A DNA stretch of 64,000 nt from Takakia lepidozioides (GCA_030704615.1 CM060732.1:20150001-20214000); one strand, 5' to 3'. Shown: positions 1 to 12,300, numbered from the stretch's first letter. Numbers and translations are program-made. The notes: generated from the sequence alone by a model not told the origin.

Positions 1-129
1 GGGGAAGATGGGATTTTCGAAAGCCTGGCCAACGAGCAGTCCGCTGGAGATGAGAAAGGCACTGAGGGGGTGGAGGCGGAGCATGACAGTCTAGAACAGG
101 ATGAGGATTCGGATGATTTTCAAGATTAA
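1..129 (+). CDS. C-terminal fragment of an acidic last exon, probably the ParB-MTase cargo gene of MULE-1 (rest lies upstream of the window)
   Basis: Frame 1 reads GEDGIFESLANEQS...DEDSDDFQD* (TAA 127-129). GEDGIFE also occurs in the acidic last exon of the cargo gene at 50136-50637 (VPAGEDGIFEG). Confidence 0.5.
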   Translation, partial: GEDGIFESLANEQSAGDEKGTEGVEAEHDSLEQDEDSDDFQD

Positions 130-259
130 TAGAATTTTAATGAAGTCTCTGTAAATGTAAATTCTCTTCCAGAGTATATAAAGGAAATTCTGCCAGACAT
201 TCGTGACCCCTCTCCAGTGTGCATTCCAGCCACACAATTGCTCAAACCACGACGCTCCC

Positions 260-1010
260 AAAATCAGAAATGGGCAGCGCATTTCCAAAATTTTGGCAAC
301 TCTAAGAACCTCTTTTGGAAATGCGGCACCGCATTTCCAAAACAGGGGAGGGAGTAAATTTTCCATTTCAATGTTGGCATAGTAAAAAGTAATCTGAATT
401 GGAAATGCGGTGCCGCATTTCCAAAATTTCCTTTGTCCACACGCCAGTTTTGGCCTCTCCCGCTCATTGCATGGATGCCACCACGCTTACAGAGGTCGAA
501 CAAGGAGGTCGAACAAGGAGGTCGAGATGGCGGAATTGAAAATGCGGTGCCGCATTTCAGTATTGGGGATGGTCGTTGTTCGAACTGCAGGCCCATCAGC
601 AAAAATTGGCACCGCATTCCATTGTTAAAAAAAAGTCGATGACGGACATGGAAATGCGGCGCCGCATTTCCAGAACGGACATCGCAATTTGTCCATTTGC
701 AGACCCTCTCTCGGAAATGCGGTAACGCATTCCATCGCGCTGGTCGGAAATGTCACACTTTTGGAAGTGTTGTACGGAAATGCGGCACCGCATTCCCTTG
801 TCCAAAAAGAAGTTTCCATTGCCAAGCTGGAAATGCGTCGCCGCATTTGCAATGCCAACCTCGTTTTCTGACCAATTTATAGACCCGTGTTGGTATTTCG
901 TGTACCTGGACGGAAATGATGCACCGCATTTTCTTGTCCCACATGGAAATGCGTCACCGCATTTCGATGTCCGACATGGAAATGCGGCGCCGCATTTCGA
1001 TGTCCGACAT
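260..1010. repeat. Array of ~12 palindromes, consensus GGAAATGCGG(CG/CA/TG)CCGCATTTCC
   Basis: e.g. ttttggaaatgcggcaccgcatttccaaaa at 313-342; further copies near 401, 539, 650, 714, 776, 829, 913, 944, 978. Confidence 0.95.
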
Positions 1011-1255
1011 GGCGTTACTCTGGTATATTCTTGACACATGACTCACATACCGGTTACTCTGCTATATTCATCCGGACAGACACATTGTAGAAATGAGACA
1101 TCAAATTGTAAACAGTGGGCCAATTCCGACAGTTATTCAACACAATGAAACACAATCATACAGAAGTGAGGTACGATGGGTTTATTGATCGGACACGATG
1201 TCTCACATTTACCAACTGCAGACAAAACTAAGCCCTTCCTCCTTCTACATGGGCT

Positions 1256-1834
1256 TCACCAAGTCGACGGAACTTCGATACCCCTCAAAACAAGCTCATC
1301 ACTGCTGCGGCACCTCGAGGTAAACTACAATTCGGTCGTTCTGCTGCCCTTGCTGGAGCCGACGACAATGTCATGTCCATCAATGATACCACCATCATAC
1401 ATTGACAAGGTCACTGTGGGCCTCATGTGCCCGTGCGATTCGTCTTCGCAACGCAGCCGAATGTCTCCATACACTGGAAGAGCGGAGTGATCTGCACGTA
1501 TATAGTTTTCCCCGGTGCCGTCCTCCTTGGTCCACTGGCAGCAGTTCCAGCGCCAAAGCGAGGCCGTGCGTGATCTATCCGGCATCCCTTTCCAGCTTGG
1601 TATATCGAGGTCAACAATTTTCAGGACCCACGGACCGCATTGACCCTCGCCCTCACCTCGCTCAAAGCGGTAATAGCCCTCCAGATACTCCATTGCGCGC
1701 AAAGACTCTTGCTTGATTCCAGCAACGTCTGTGAAAACAGAGAGCCAGACAATGATGTCTCCTGATTCTGGTTTGAACATAGCATAATCGTGGCCATGAT
1801 AAGGGCAGTCGGCTGGATTTCGGCGGCACGACAT
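1256..1834 (-). pseudogene. Unknown protein A (paralog of 2384-2947) with one in-frame TAG
   Basis: ATG at 1834 (MSCRRNPADCPYHGHDYAMF...). Aligns along its length with 2384-2947. TAG at 1325-1327, after which homology continues (ELVLRGIEVPSTW*) to TGA 1256-1258. Confidence 0.75.
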
Positions 1835-2383
1835 CCTTGAAAAAAAGTCGCTGAGTACGCTCAATGACAGCAGCTCCCGGATGGAGGAAGAGGACCGCGG
1901 TGGCTGGAAAAAGTTCAAGCTAACGCTGCAATTCCTCACAAACACTCCAGGGCACATTTAAATTTCCCCCCTACAGGATCCTGGACCGATGAAGATTGGC
2001 TGCTACATGAATGTAGCCGTTTCAGTTTCCTACCCTGCCATGCAAACTATGAGCAGTCACTGCCAGGTGGGCCGATAGCCACTGGACACGACGAAGTCCA
2101 TCCCCTCTTCGATGTAAATGCGGCGCCGAATTTCCATCCGGGGGATGGACTTCAGTGGCAGATCTCAAACTATAACTTGTTGATGAGAAAGATGTATGGG
2201 TTCATCCACCGCTGGCGTGATGAACACGTTCCACCTCCGTCGGTGGGTACGTGTGACCCAGATGCTCCATTATTGGAGGCCGAACTGCTCTTCCGCTTCG
2301 CATCATTTCCAAAATCTAAGGGCTTCGTAGCTGTCCGCAAGGTCATCGGCATCCAAGTCGTCCTCAGGTCCTCCTTTGCAAGG

Positions 2384-2947
2384 ATGCCGTGCTTCTGGAA
2401 CCGGGACGACTGCCCATTTGGAGGCATCGATTATGCAATGTATTCGGCCACATCGGGAGACATTGTTATCTGGTACACAGATTACACAGAAGATACTGGT
2501 TCGATTGTGGAAACATTGGTGGCTTTTGAGTATATCGTAGGCCACTACGCCTTCGAGCGGGGTGACGATCTTGGTCTGAGGAGTCCGTGGCTCCTGCGCA
2601 TCCTCGATTCCGATTTTCCCAGCTACGACGGTCACCCATGCAGAAGAAGGCGCACTGCTATGCTGTTGCGGTGGAACTGCTGCCACTGGACGTGGGTGGA
2701 CTCCATCGGAGAGACCTATTCTCCTGAAGGAATGCGCTCCTCTTCTCCATTGTATGGGGACATTTGCATTGGTGTGGACGACGAAAACGTGAAGATTTCC
2801 ATATTCGATGGTGGTATGATTGAAGGGCAGGACATTGTGGTGAACATCACTAGGGGCGGTACAACGGCTGCAATCGACTTTACATGGAGGAGCCCCATGA
2901 CTCATGAGCTAGTTCTGAGAGCAGTCGAAGTCCCATTGACAACGTGA
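2384..2947 (+). CDS. Unknown protein B (~187 aa, Trp/Cys-rich motifs), transposon cargo
   Basis: Open frame MPCFWNRDDCPFGGIDYAMY...ELVLRAVEVPLTT*. Shares DYAM, SGDIxxW, YxFERG, PW, RWNCCxWT, PxYGDI, DGGxIxGxDIVV with its paralog; both ATGs sit in the context CAAGGATG. Confidence 0.75.
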   Translation: MPCFWNRDDCPFGGIDYAMYSATSGDIVIWYTDYTEDTGSIVETLVAFEYIVGHYAFERGDDLGLRSPWLLRILDSDFPSYDGHPCRRRRTAMLLRWNCCHWTWVDSIGETYSPEGMRSSSPLYGDICIGVDDENVKISIFDGGMIEGQDIVVNITRGGTTAAIDFTWRSPMTHELVLRAVEVPLTT

Positions 2948-3324
2948 CTTGTATTCAGTAGGCACAGGGCTCAAGATTTGATGGCACAATCAGCACAGTA
3001 GACGTGCTTCAAATGCAATTCATGTGGATCAATAAAAACCTCATTGTGCCCTCTTTTTATTCTATTCTGTGTCCATCGTTCCCAGAATGCGTCATTGCTC
3101 ATTTCGTTTGGGATTGGGAGTGTGGGTGGATTTTGCAAATGGCTGGTAGGCTGAAATGGGCCCCCATTGTACAGAGCAGTACCACCCTACCATTCGCGAA
3201 ACATTGCCTTTCAATATATAATTCTAAATAACATTGCCGAACCTCCTTCATCGGGAGGTCCTTCTCCCCCTATGACCGTGGCACCCTAAACCCTATTCCC
3301 GCGGACTCTCATTTCCGGAAAATA

Positions 3325-3410
3325 GTGCTGCTCATGTTTTTTTCCACACTTACGACTCTGCTCATGGCTCATGCCGCTCATGGCTCATGGCTCATGAAAT
3401 AGCAGCTCCC
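3325..3410. repeat. Terminal (TIR-like) sequence of MULE-1 with tandem GCTCAT units
   Basis: gctcatggctcatgccgctcatggctcatggctcatgaaatagcagctcccc; matches 39350-39427 and 51268-51332. Confidence 0.7.
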
Positions 3411-4394
3411 CGCTCATACGGGGGATTGATGAAACACCCTTGGTCAGAAATCTCGAAGCTGCGGACGGAGGATGGTGTCTTTGAGGTGCGAATCCTCCGC
3501 AAGCAGATTGCCTCGAACATCCTCGTCTGCAAAAGACAGGAGGTCAGGGTGCGAAACATAAACAACAACGGAATTTTGTAGATTGGCACTTTAAAACATA
3601 GGCATGCAACAAACTGATCAGTGAAGTCTTTTTGATGATCGGTGCCGACCATCACAGATTATTGTAGAGTTACGTTGTAGAATACATTGAAATAAAGCAA
3701 CAAAGCACACCTAAGAGGGAGGCGTCATACCAGCTGACCAGGACAAACCCCTTTCACAAGGTAGAGGATGTTCACACAATTCCATGTGCGCAGAATTTCG
3801 AACCAAGAGGACTTCAGGTACGATGCCAATGCCCGACAACTATCCTTGTCACATGACTGAAAGAGTAGAAGTGTCCCTGCATCAGAAAGGAAATAGTTGC
3901 AGAACCCGAATACCCAACTCCAGTAGTTGTCATCGAATTTGTTCCAGCTTGGCGTCTTGCCCTTCGGAAGAACTTCTGGCATAGCCTGACCGTCTGGGAT
4001 GTCAAGAATGACCATGTCTGCAGCAAACATTTTCTGCACACCGCACACGAAGGAGGGACCAGTGCTCACCTGCGACAGACATGTTCAATTTGAGAACGAA
4101 GAGAAGAATGATTGCAAAGCAACAAATACCAATACTGCCAATGTCACCTACGAATGCAAAGGAAAGAAAGTTAAATTCCCACCAGATTGAGGAATAAGAT
4201 CATGTTATCTCAAGTAGGCGATGGCACCCCAGTGTATCCTTTCTTCTGACTCTCCAACATCGCCAGCCATCCCTCATTGACAATCTTAATCTCTCCTGCA
4301 GAATCAGCACGGGATGGGTGTGGCCTGGCATCGAACACGCACTGAATTGTGTGGGTATACCTTCCGGTGGTGAAGTCTTCTCACTCTCCTGCTC

Positions 4395-4460
4395 TTTCTC
4401 CTTCTCCTTTTCTTTCTCCTTCCCCTTCTCCTTTTCCTTTTCCTTCTCCTTCTCCTTCGA
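4395..4460 (-). repeat. (GAGAAG/GAAAAG)n coding microsatellite (KEKEKE linker)
   Basis: ttctccttctccttttctttctccttcc... encodes EKEKEKEKEKGKEKEKEKEK. Confidence 0.85.
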
Positions 4461-7029
4461 CTTGTCTTTGTCCTTTGTCTTTGCAGGTGACTTGGTTGTG
4501 CCATCTGGAGCCTTGTCTTTGGGTTTGCGCCCACCATTCTTGCCCTTCTGGGCTATTTCCTGAGCGTCGGGCTCCTTGGCAGCCAGTGCTGCTATGTTTC
4601 TTTGGTACTCCTCATCGTTCAGAGGTGCCAGCATCTCAGCATGATTGTTCAAATATTTCATTTGCTGCTCCTGAAAAGTCGTGTGCTCAGGAGGGCAGTC
4701 CAGGTACCAACCACAGTCCTTGAAGTGTGCAGGACTCCAGTCCTTCAATATCCCTGCAGTATACATGGTTGGATCGTTTCCCGGGTCTGACCACATGTCA
4801 AGATAATCTGGGACAATACACACCTGACTCCAAAATGTAGCCTTGTGAAGCCAGTTGTCAAACACAATATCACTGATTCCCTCTACCAGGCTGTATAGTG
4901 CTCTTAGGGAATTGATTCAAGTCCTTCACTGTCTGATCTGAGTTCCAAATCTCCAGCCACTGAGGTGATTTCCATCCATCGGCACATATTTTGTGTACCT
5001 GCGAACCACGAGACAAACTGGAAATCAATCTCTATATGCAGAAGCCCATTGTTCTCAAAGTGAATGTCGACACCGACATTCAGAAATTCGTGAGAGAAAC
5101 ACTGCATATAACTATTGGGCACCCTAGAAAACGTACAAGAAATCTCTCGGAATAGAAGCTCACAATAGCTTTGGATCCGATGGTCGTCAACGACATTCAC
5201 ATAATTCCATTCAAGAACACTGCCAACACACCCTAAGTTCCCTAATCCATGTGAATAAAATCTCTGTCCATAAGAGCTCACAGTCATGGAAGTGAATGTC
5301 GGCACCGACATTCACTTCCTATCAGTGAAGAGCCCTTCTAACAACGACTAAGGATTTCTCACAAGATGCAACATAGTTTCTAGTTGGAAATGCACCTGTA
5401 CACAACTCGCATCATGGCCCACTCCCCCCCCCAACCTGACTGTCAAAGTCGTTGGACCGCGAAATGTTACCATCCTTCGAAAACTCCCGGAAAAAACAGT
5501 ATCGCCAAGTGAGACCTCTCCACTTCCTGATGTATGCTTCCAATGTCATTTGAGGCGGGGAAATAATAGAAATATTCAAGTCCTTCAAATTTTGCTCGAG
5601 GACAAGGATGGCGCGCTTCTCCAGCTGCAAAAGGTACATTTGTCAATTTTGCAAATAAGGTAGTCATTACATTCATGAAGTCAACAAAGATGAAACTTCA
5701 ATTTTGGTTTGGGGGTCAACCATGGAGATGGCCAGCCGGTGCAATTTCTCCTGCTGCATCTCCGGGTGCACGTGCTTGTCATAGTGAGATTTGATTTGCA
5801 GAAGGAACTCCTCTCCAAGGCCAGGATCTACTATTCTAAGCTGCTTAGAGAAGGCGGACATCAGTTTGGTTCTCCGAATTTCATACTCCTTCTTTATTGC
5901 TGCCTCCACACCCTTTGATGTCCTAAGTTCCTCTGTTGTAGTGCGGTAGTATTCGGATTTCCCCTTCTCAGCTGCCTCTGCCAGTTCTTGTTGCATTGAT
6001 CAAAGTAGGGATGAGTTAAAACAAATTACAAACATGTATTCAAAAAGACAAGTGAGTACAGGTTCGGCCTTACCGCATACATGTATTCCATAAACGCCTC
6101 ACGAGTCAAAGAATACCAAGTGCCTGCAGCTCTTCCTGTTTCGCACTTCTTGATTATATCGGGGTGGAGTACTGTGCGAAAATCATCCAGCTTCATTAGA
6201 CCAATCCTCTGAATTCGGAAAAGTGTGTGGACCAAGCTTGTTGTTACATGCGATTACTCTGTCGATCTGCAAAAAGAGTGGAAACAATGCATTGATAAAC
6301 ATCGTTTTTGGTGGGATGAACAAGACATTGAAGAGGCAATGGAGTCTCTAGGATGACTTACTTGTTCACGTCGTGCATAGATGTAAGAAGCCTAGCGATG
6401 TCGTTTCCAGGATCCAGAACCATTGCCTCTACAACAACATGCTTGTCTTTGTCTTTTGAATGATGTTTTTGAATGTATCCCATCCATGCCAGCAATCGGT
6501 GGTTGCCGTCCCAGACGTAGAACATGTGGTTGCAGAATTGCTGGGTGTTTCTTCCCATCATGAGGCCCAGCTCGAACTCCTCATTAACATCTTTCAAGCA
6601 CTCATCCCAGGTATCGGTGATCTCAGGAGACACTAATGTGCTTTTCCCATTTGTATCCGTCAGTGACACATAAAAAACTTGTGCACCAAGTCTGTATCCA
6701 TGCACAAAATTAGTTTCCAATTTTGTAATGTCATGGGAAAGTGGAGGACGCACAACAGGCATAGATATCATCCGGCATAGTGGAATGTCAAGACGCCCTC
6801 CAGAGACGAGCATGTCCCTAATAACCTCCTGAGAGTTTACCTTCTGGAATGACATGAGCTCTTTCACCTTGTCTAGGTAGTACACTTCAGGTTCATCTGT
6901 TTCATCGCTATTCTTCGAGCTCTTGGCAGACTCGTCCCCATCTCCAGAACCTTTTGCCTCTGTTCCTATCTGCTTGGACTTCACAGTTTTCTGCACAATG
7001 CCATGCCAATCAGACACAGAGTTATGTGC

Positions 7030-7990
7030 AAATAGTGAATGTCAGTACCGACCATCAGTCTGTCTTGTCTCAAATCACAGTGAATGGCGGCACCGACATT
7101 CACAACCATCTACACTAACAAAGCTGATATAGACAAATTCAAACCAAAACACTATGACTGCATAGTGATGGTCGGTACCGACAATCACTATGTTTCTGGG
7201 CAAGCAGGTATAGAAAGGTTATGAGCATTAGCGAACGGCGTTAACGACAATGAAAAAACATTACATTTGAAAGACCTACAAGATCGGTTTGGTGCAAAGA
7301 GATATATGTCGTACTGATTGGCGGCACCGACACTCACTTTAGTTTGTAACAGAAAGTGAGTGCAAATAAGTCTATGTTTTCAAAGGAGTGCGATTGACGT
7401 CAATCATAGAGAGTCCATTGTGATGATCGTTAAAGATCACTATTTCTTGTCTGTTTGGAATGTACTTTGCAATCGTTTTTAGACATGAAGCTACAGTATG
7501 GTCTCAAGAAAAGTGATTGGCGGTACCACCATTCCTCTTCCCTAGTCTGTTCAACCTGAAATAGAGAAAATGCAATGCAAGACAATATGACTGAATATGC
7601 CAACCATCACTCTCTCTCCACGCATACAGGTACAGGAAGCTCACGAGGAGAATCGAATGGCGTTAACGACACTACACTACAATGGAAAACATTGCGTTTG
7701 GTGTAAGTCAATACTAGATCATAGTTATTGGCGGCACCGACACTCACTTTCTGTTGTATCATAATGACAGTTTTGAAATGAAAGTGAATGACGTTGCCGA
7801 CAATCACAGGTTTCTGCTACAGAAAGAAAGAGAAAGAGTGTTGGAAAGACAATCAGACTGACTCTATGATCTAAAGAACAGTGAATGGCGGTATCGCAAG
7901 TCAAAAACAACAGGTATGGAAAACCAGAAACAAAGGAATACAAAGCAAATCAACATGACTTCATAGTGATGGTCGGTACCGACCATCACT
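7030..7990. repeat. Intronic cluster of MULE-2 palindromes, consensus AGTGA(A/T)TG(T/G)CGG(CA/TA/TG)CCGAC(A/C)NTCACT
   Basis: Copies near 7034, 7079, 7163, 7316, 7512, 7727, 7783, 7964, plus 3637, 5060 and 5292 in other introns (e.g. agtgatggtcggtaccgaccatcact at 7964). Confidence 0.85.
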
Positions 7991-9351
7991 TTCTAGGACA
8001 TTTCACTCACTCACTTTGTAGATCTGTAAACAGAAAATGGAAGGGTGGAGAACACTTACTGGCGCCTTCTTCGGTTTTGAGTTTGGATCCCTTTCTGCAG
8101 CTTTCATCTTCCCCTTCACATCTGTCGGAATTCCTGTCTGCTCTAGGGTTTGTAGACCTTCTCCCGGTTTTGCGTTCCCTGGACTTCCACCTCCTTCAAT
8201 TTCCTTGCGAATCATCTCTGCTTCCACAGTCTAGTTTCCAACCCTCACTGTTCCCTCTGGTTGTGTGACAGCTGCAGCCTCATTCTCGGTCTGCTCTTGT
8301 GTTGCAGTCTCCGCGTTCACCTGCTGCCGTAGCCCTGTGTTCTCCATCAAACGACGCCTCGTCATTTGCTCTCTTACTTTGAGTCTCTCTGTAAGGGAAG
8401 TAAAATAAAGTGACTTCCTTCTCTTTCGTATCGTAGAAGGAACCCTCTCCAGCTTGACTACCTCTCTCCGTCTAAGTGCGGAAACAAGAAAGACAAAGCG
8501 ACTCTTGATTTCTTGCGGAGTTGCGTGCATTGAGGATTGTCTCTAGAAGCATCGGATTCCCTCTCACGTGACTGTTACACAAATGTCATTCCCTTATTAG
8601 TGCACCTGCCAGCCATTAGTGGACAGCTGTTCATCTGCAATGTAGTTATCGATGTCTGACGTGTGTCGCCCAAAATGAACGGCGTGTCGTTTATTTGAAG
8701 GGTTTCAATAATTGAATATAACAGTGACAAATATTATAAATGAATGTAACATTGCAAATAAAACATTAGTTGGTCTGACTGCTCAAACTTAGACAATGCC
8801 TATGCCATCAGAACCATGGCAGCATGGAATAAAAAATATGGGGCCATGTGGCGCACAATCTCAGACAAATATATGTAAGTGAACGAGTGTTTGATGACAA
8901 ATTTCTGGATATCATACACATTCATCCTTGTAAGCCCACCCCACGTTCGTTTCAAAGTTTGGACTTTCCAGGTGCGCATGATCAATGATACTGTTATAAA
9001 GATGCATTTACTTCATCTGCTATCCCACCCTCAGATCCTATGACACACTTCTGAGAAGTCGGCTGGTTATTATGTTAATTGATGACGTTCTGAATAAAGG
9101 TTTAACAGCTACCAAAATTGCTCCTAGGGATACTCTGTCTACAGGGCCCACAAAAAAAGTAATTAAAATGGACGGCTGCATGTCTGGAAGAGCTTGCCAG
9201 AGGCAAGGAATAACAGAATGTGCAAAATCATCGTGTGTACTTTCTCCGCGATATTCTCTGCTGATTCTTCAACAATGTTTTGGAGACCTCAGTCAACAGA
9301 TTTCATTGAAGAGTTGCGATAGCAAGGGATCTTCATACGAGAGGAGGCAAG

Positions 9352-12300
9352 ATGGCTTCCTCTGAAGCGGAGTTCTTATCTGACGAGAAACCAATGCCGT
9401 TCTCCAAGGAAGCCCTTGACAATGGATTTGCAATTGTTCTGGAATATGTCTTGGCTACCCGGTTTGAGCTTCAGAATGGCTCCATCTTCTTGGAGAAAGA
9501 GGTGTACGATTTGGACGGGAAGTTGTTGAAATACTCTTTCCAAAATCGTGATGAGACGGATCATGTCAGCCAGTGGAGAGTGCGCCCTGGTAGATACAGA
9601 GTACTTGGAGAGCCTCGGCGAAAGTCCCTTGGATCATATGTGACGCCCGGGACTGCTGCTTCAGTCGTTGAAGACAAAAGGGAGGTGTTGGTGAAAAAAG
9701 AACAGACGTCCTCCACTCCAATCGTTGAGCTTTCAGATTCATCCGATGATGACATAAGTGAAATTCCACCTCCAGTCCTTTAAACTGTAGTTGTGGAAGC
9801 GGATGAAGTAGAGATTTGAAGTGTCATTCCAAAACTACGGGCGATGGGAGGAATGGCAGGTTTCAAAAGTGAGTTGCGGGGAATTGATTGGGAATCTTTG
9901 AAGCAGGTGCCTGTGAAGTTCCTGCCAGAGACTTTTGATGGGGATATCCTATTCGAGCTGCCTCATCCTCCGCGAATTGGAGGTATAACAAGCATGATGC
10001 ACGGAATGGACAAGAAACACGACGGGCACCCATGGTGCAGAACAAAAACATCCAATATTCAAAATGATGACAAGCTTGTTTTCAGGAGAACAGTTTGCAA
10101 TGGACACCTTAGGTGTGATAATTTGAATTGCAGACACTTTCTTCAGTCTGGGGTTCATAATCAAAGCGAGTGGGAGGGTCTCGCGGAAAATCCATTTAAG
10201 CCTGGGACTGCTCCTCCACCGGCAACCACTTTTGTTTGCAAATTCTGCAAACTTGTACTATCCTGCCTGGCGCTGTGTGGAGCAAGAATGTACTATGTTG
10301 TCCACCGTTTGAAAACCATGACAAGAGTTTGTGTGCATTTTGGTTTCCATAACCATCTTGTCTCGAAGGGGGATTACAGGGAGAGTGTTGAGACAGTATC
10401 GAGGTTGATTAAACAGGAGTACGAGAGAAACCCATCCGCAACAACATCTGCAATTGCTCTTGGCGCAAGCAAGTCCTTCTTGGAAAGCCATATTTTGAGT
10501 GAAGGGGATTCTGTGGGGACTAAACTTGACGGTCCGGCATTGGACATTGTCATGGACCATTTCTCCACTTTGAGTTCACCTAACATTCGGCGTCAGATCA
10601 ATGCATTGAGAATGGGCTCTGGGATCAGAGGCTACATAGACAACATTTTGGAATTGAAACAACTGAGCAAGTACGACTACATCCAAGACAATGTTTTTCC
10701 AGGTCAAGGTGCCATCAAAGTATTTCTTTTCAAAATGTTGACTGTTGGGGAGGGCAGTGGGGTTAGCCTCGTGAAGCGGATGCAGAAGACTGGGGACCTG
10801 CAGAATTGTTTTATTATGTTTGATCATGTGAAACGAGTGAAAGATTGGACGACAATGGCTTGTCATGTCTACGATCCAGTGTACCAACGAGTTATGACAA
10901 ATTACAGTTTGTGACGTGCAATCCGAGGATACGGAATCCCAAAAGCTCATGTGGAATTCCCCGATACGTGTTATGGGCTGCCATGGGGTGCCATCTCCAA
11001 ATTTCGCTGGTTTCATGGCAGATAGTGCTCAGGCGAATTTCAATGCTGTTCGAATTGTCTTCGGATCATGCGACCCAAAAGTACCAATGCCGGGAAGAGA
11101 TCGTACATGTCTATTCCATTGGACACAATCTTTGGAGAAACATACAAAGTCGGACATCAAACCAGAGATGCAGACACAACACCGTAAATTGTGCAAAGAG
11201 TACAAATATGCTAGAACAATGAAGGAGGCGGACACTTTGTTCTAGACAATTCGTGCCTGGTGGTTCTCTTCTGGAGCTGCAACGCTTGAGAGTATGAGAG
11301 CATTGGAAGATTGGCTGGCGTTTTGGCACTTCCGGTACAGACAGTGGGGAGCAGCAATGACAATGGTGCGAGGCTTCTATTGCTTGCTTTATTCATACAT
11401 TTACTTTCCAAATTTTGCTCTCCTTGCTTTCTTTATGTTGTTCCCTGTGCACTGTTCTGAAGTGTGGTTCTCCACCTTGCAGAACATGTCCATTGAGGAA
11501 ATGGCAGACATGCCATCTTGCAAATTGGCAGAGACTGTGCACAACGCATGGTTGCAACAGTCTGGGAAACGAGGTCGGGATTTGTATGTGGCAACAACAG
11601 ATGATCTGATACGTGCCTTGCAACAACAAACCATATACCGTGATTTCTTGCGAGGTGGGGTTGGTGGCAAGGGTCCGGACAAACTAAAGTTGATGTTGCG
11701 TGCTGCAAGCAGATATGGGGATCCAAGCAAGATAGCACGGGTGGCATGAGCATGTATGCCCATGGAACACCACTTGTTTCTAGAGTTCCACATCTTGAAG
11801 GGGATGAGAGATTCGACTCTTGTAAGAGGAAATTGAGCACCCCACCTGGTTCGGATTCCGATTCGCACGGGGCAAACCGTGATAACTTCTCGAAGCCTCA
11901 TGTTCCCCTGCATGAAAGATCCATGTCCGGAACCTCCATTCTGGAGGAACCTCCAACACGACGGCAGGCTCTAGCATCAAACAGTGCCACTGAAATGGTG
12001 CAGGAGAGAAACAACCCCCTTGATGTGCTGGAGTCCGCATGCCCCGACCACGTTTGGCACATAGAACGTACAAGTGCAGGGTCTCGTGTGAAATGTACAG
12101 CGATCAGGGCAACTAATTTCAAAAAGTGCACTTCATCTATATCCAGAGGCGGTGCCCGGACTCCTGCTCCGACTTTCACGGGTTTGATACGTCCATACGG
12201 CCAACCAGAAGCCAAGAACCACAAGTTCTGGTTCTGTGCAGACGATTGTGGTAGATGTGTGCATGGAACTGTGCGTCCTTCCATGGTGATGAAGCCAGCT

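Larger units (their letters stand above)
1..3410. mobile_element. MULE-1: right portion of a Mutator-like element, inserted into the cargo gene of MULE-2
   Basis: Ends in a (GCTCAT)n-GAAATAG terminus shared with the ends at 39427 and 51332. Has an internal palindrome array and interrupts an MTase exon of MULE-2 at ~3411. Confidence 0.65.
3411..8530 (-). pseudogene. Multi-exon ParB/Srx-domain + beta-class amino-DNA-methyltransferase-like fusion (copy 1; 3' end cut by MULE-1)
   Basis: IPLCRMISMPVVRPPL...FYVWDGNHRLLAW (WDGNHR at 6496-6513); DMVILDIPDG (3989-4003), YWSWVFGFCNYFLSDAGTLLL, TRMFEAICL. GT-AG introns with donors at 8059 and 6361; premature TAG at 8231. Confidence 0.8.
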
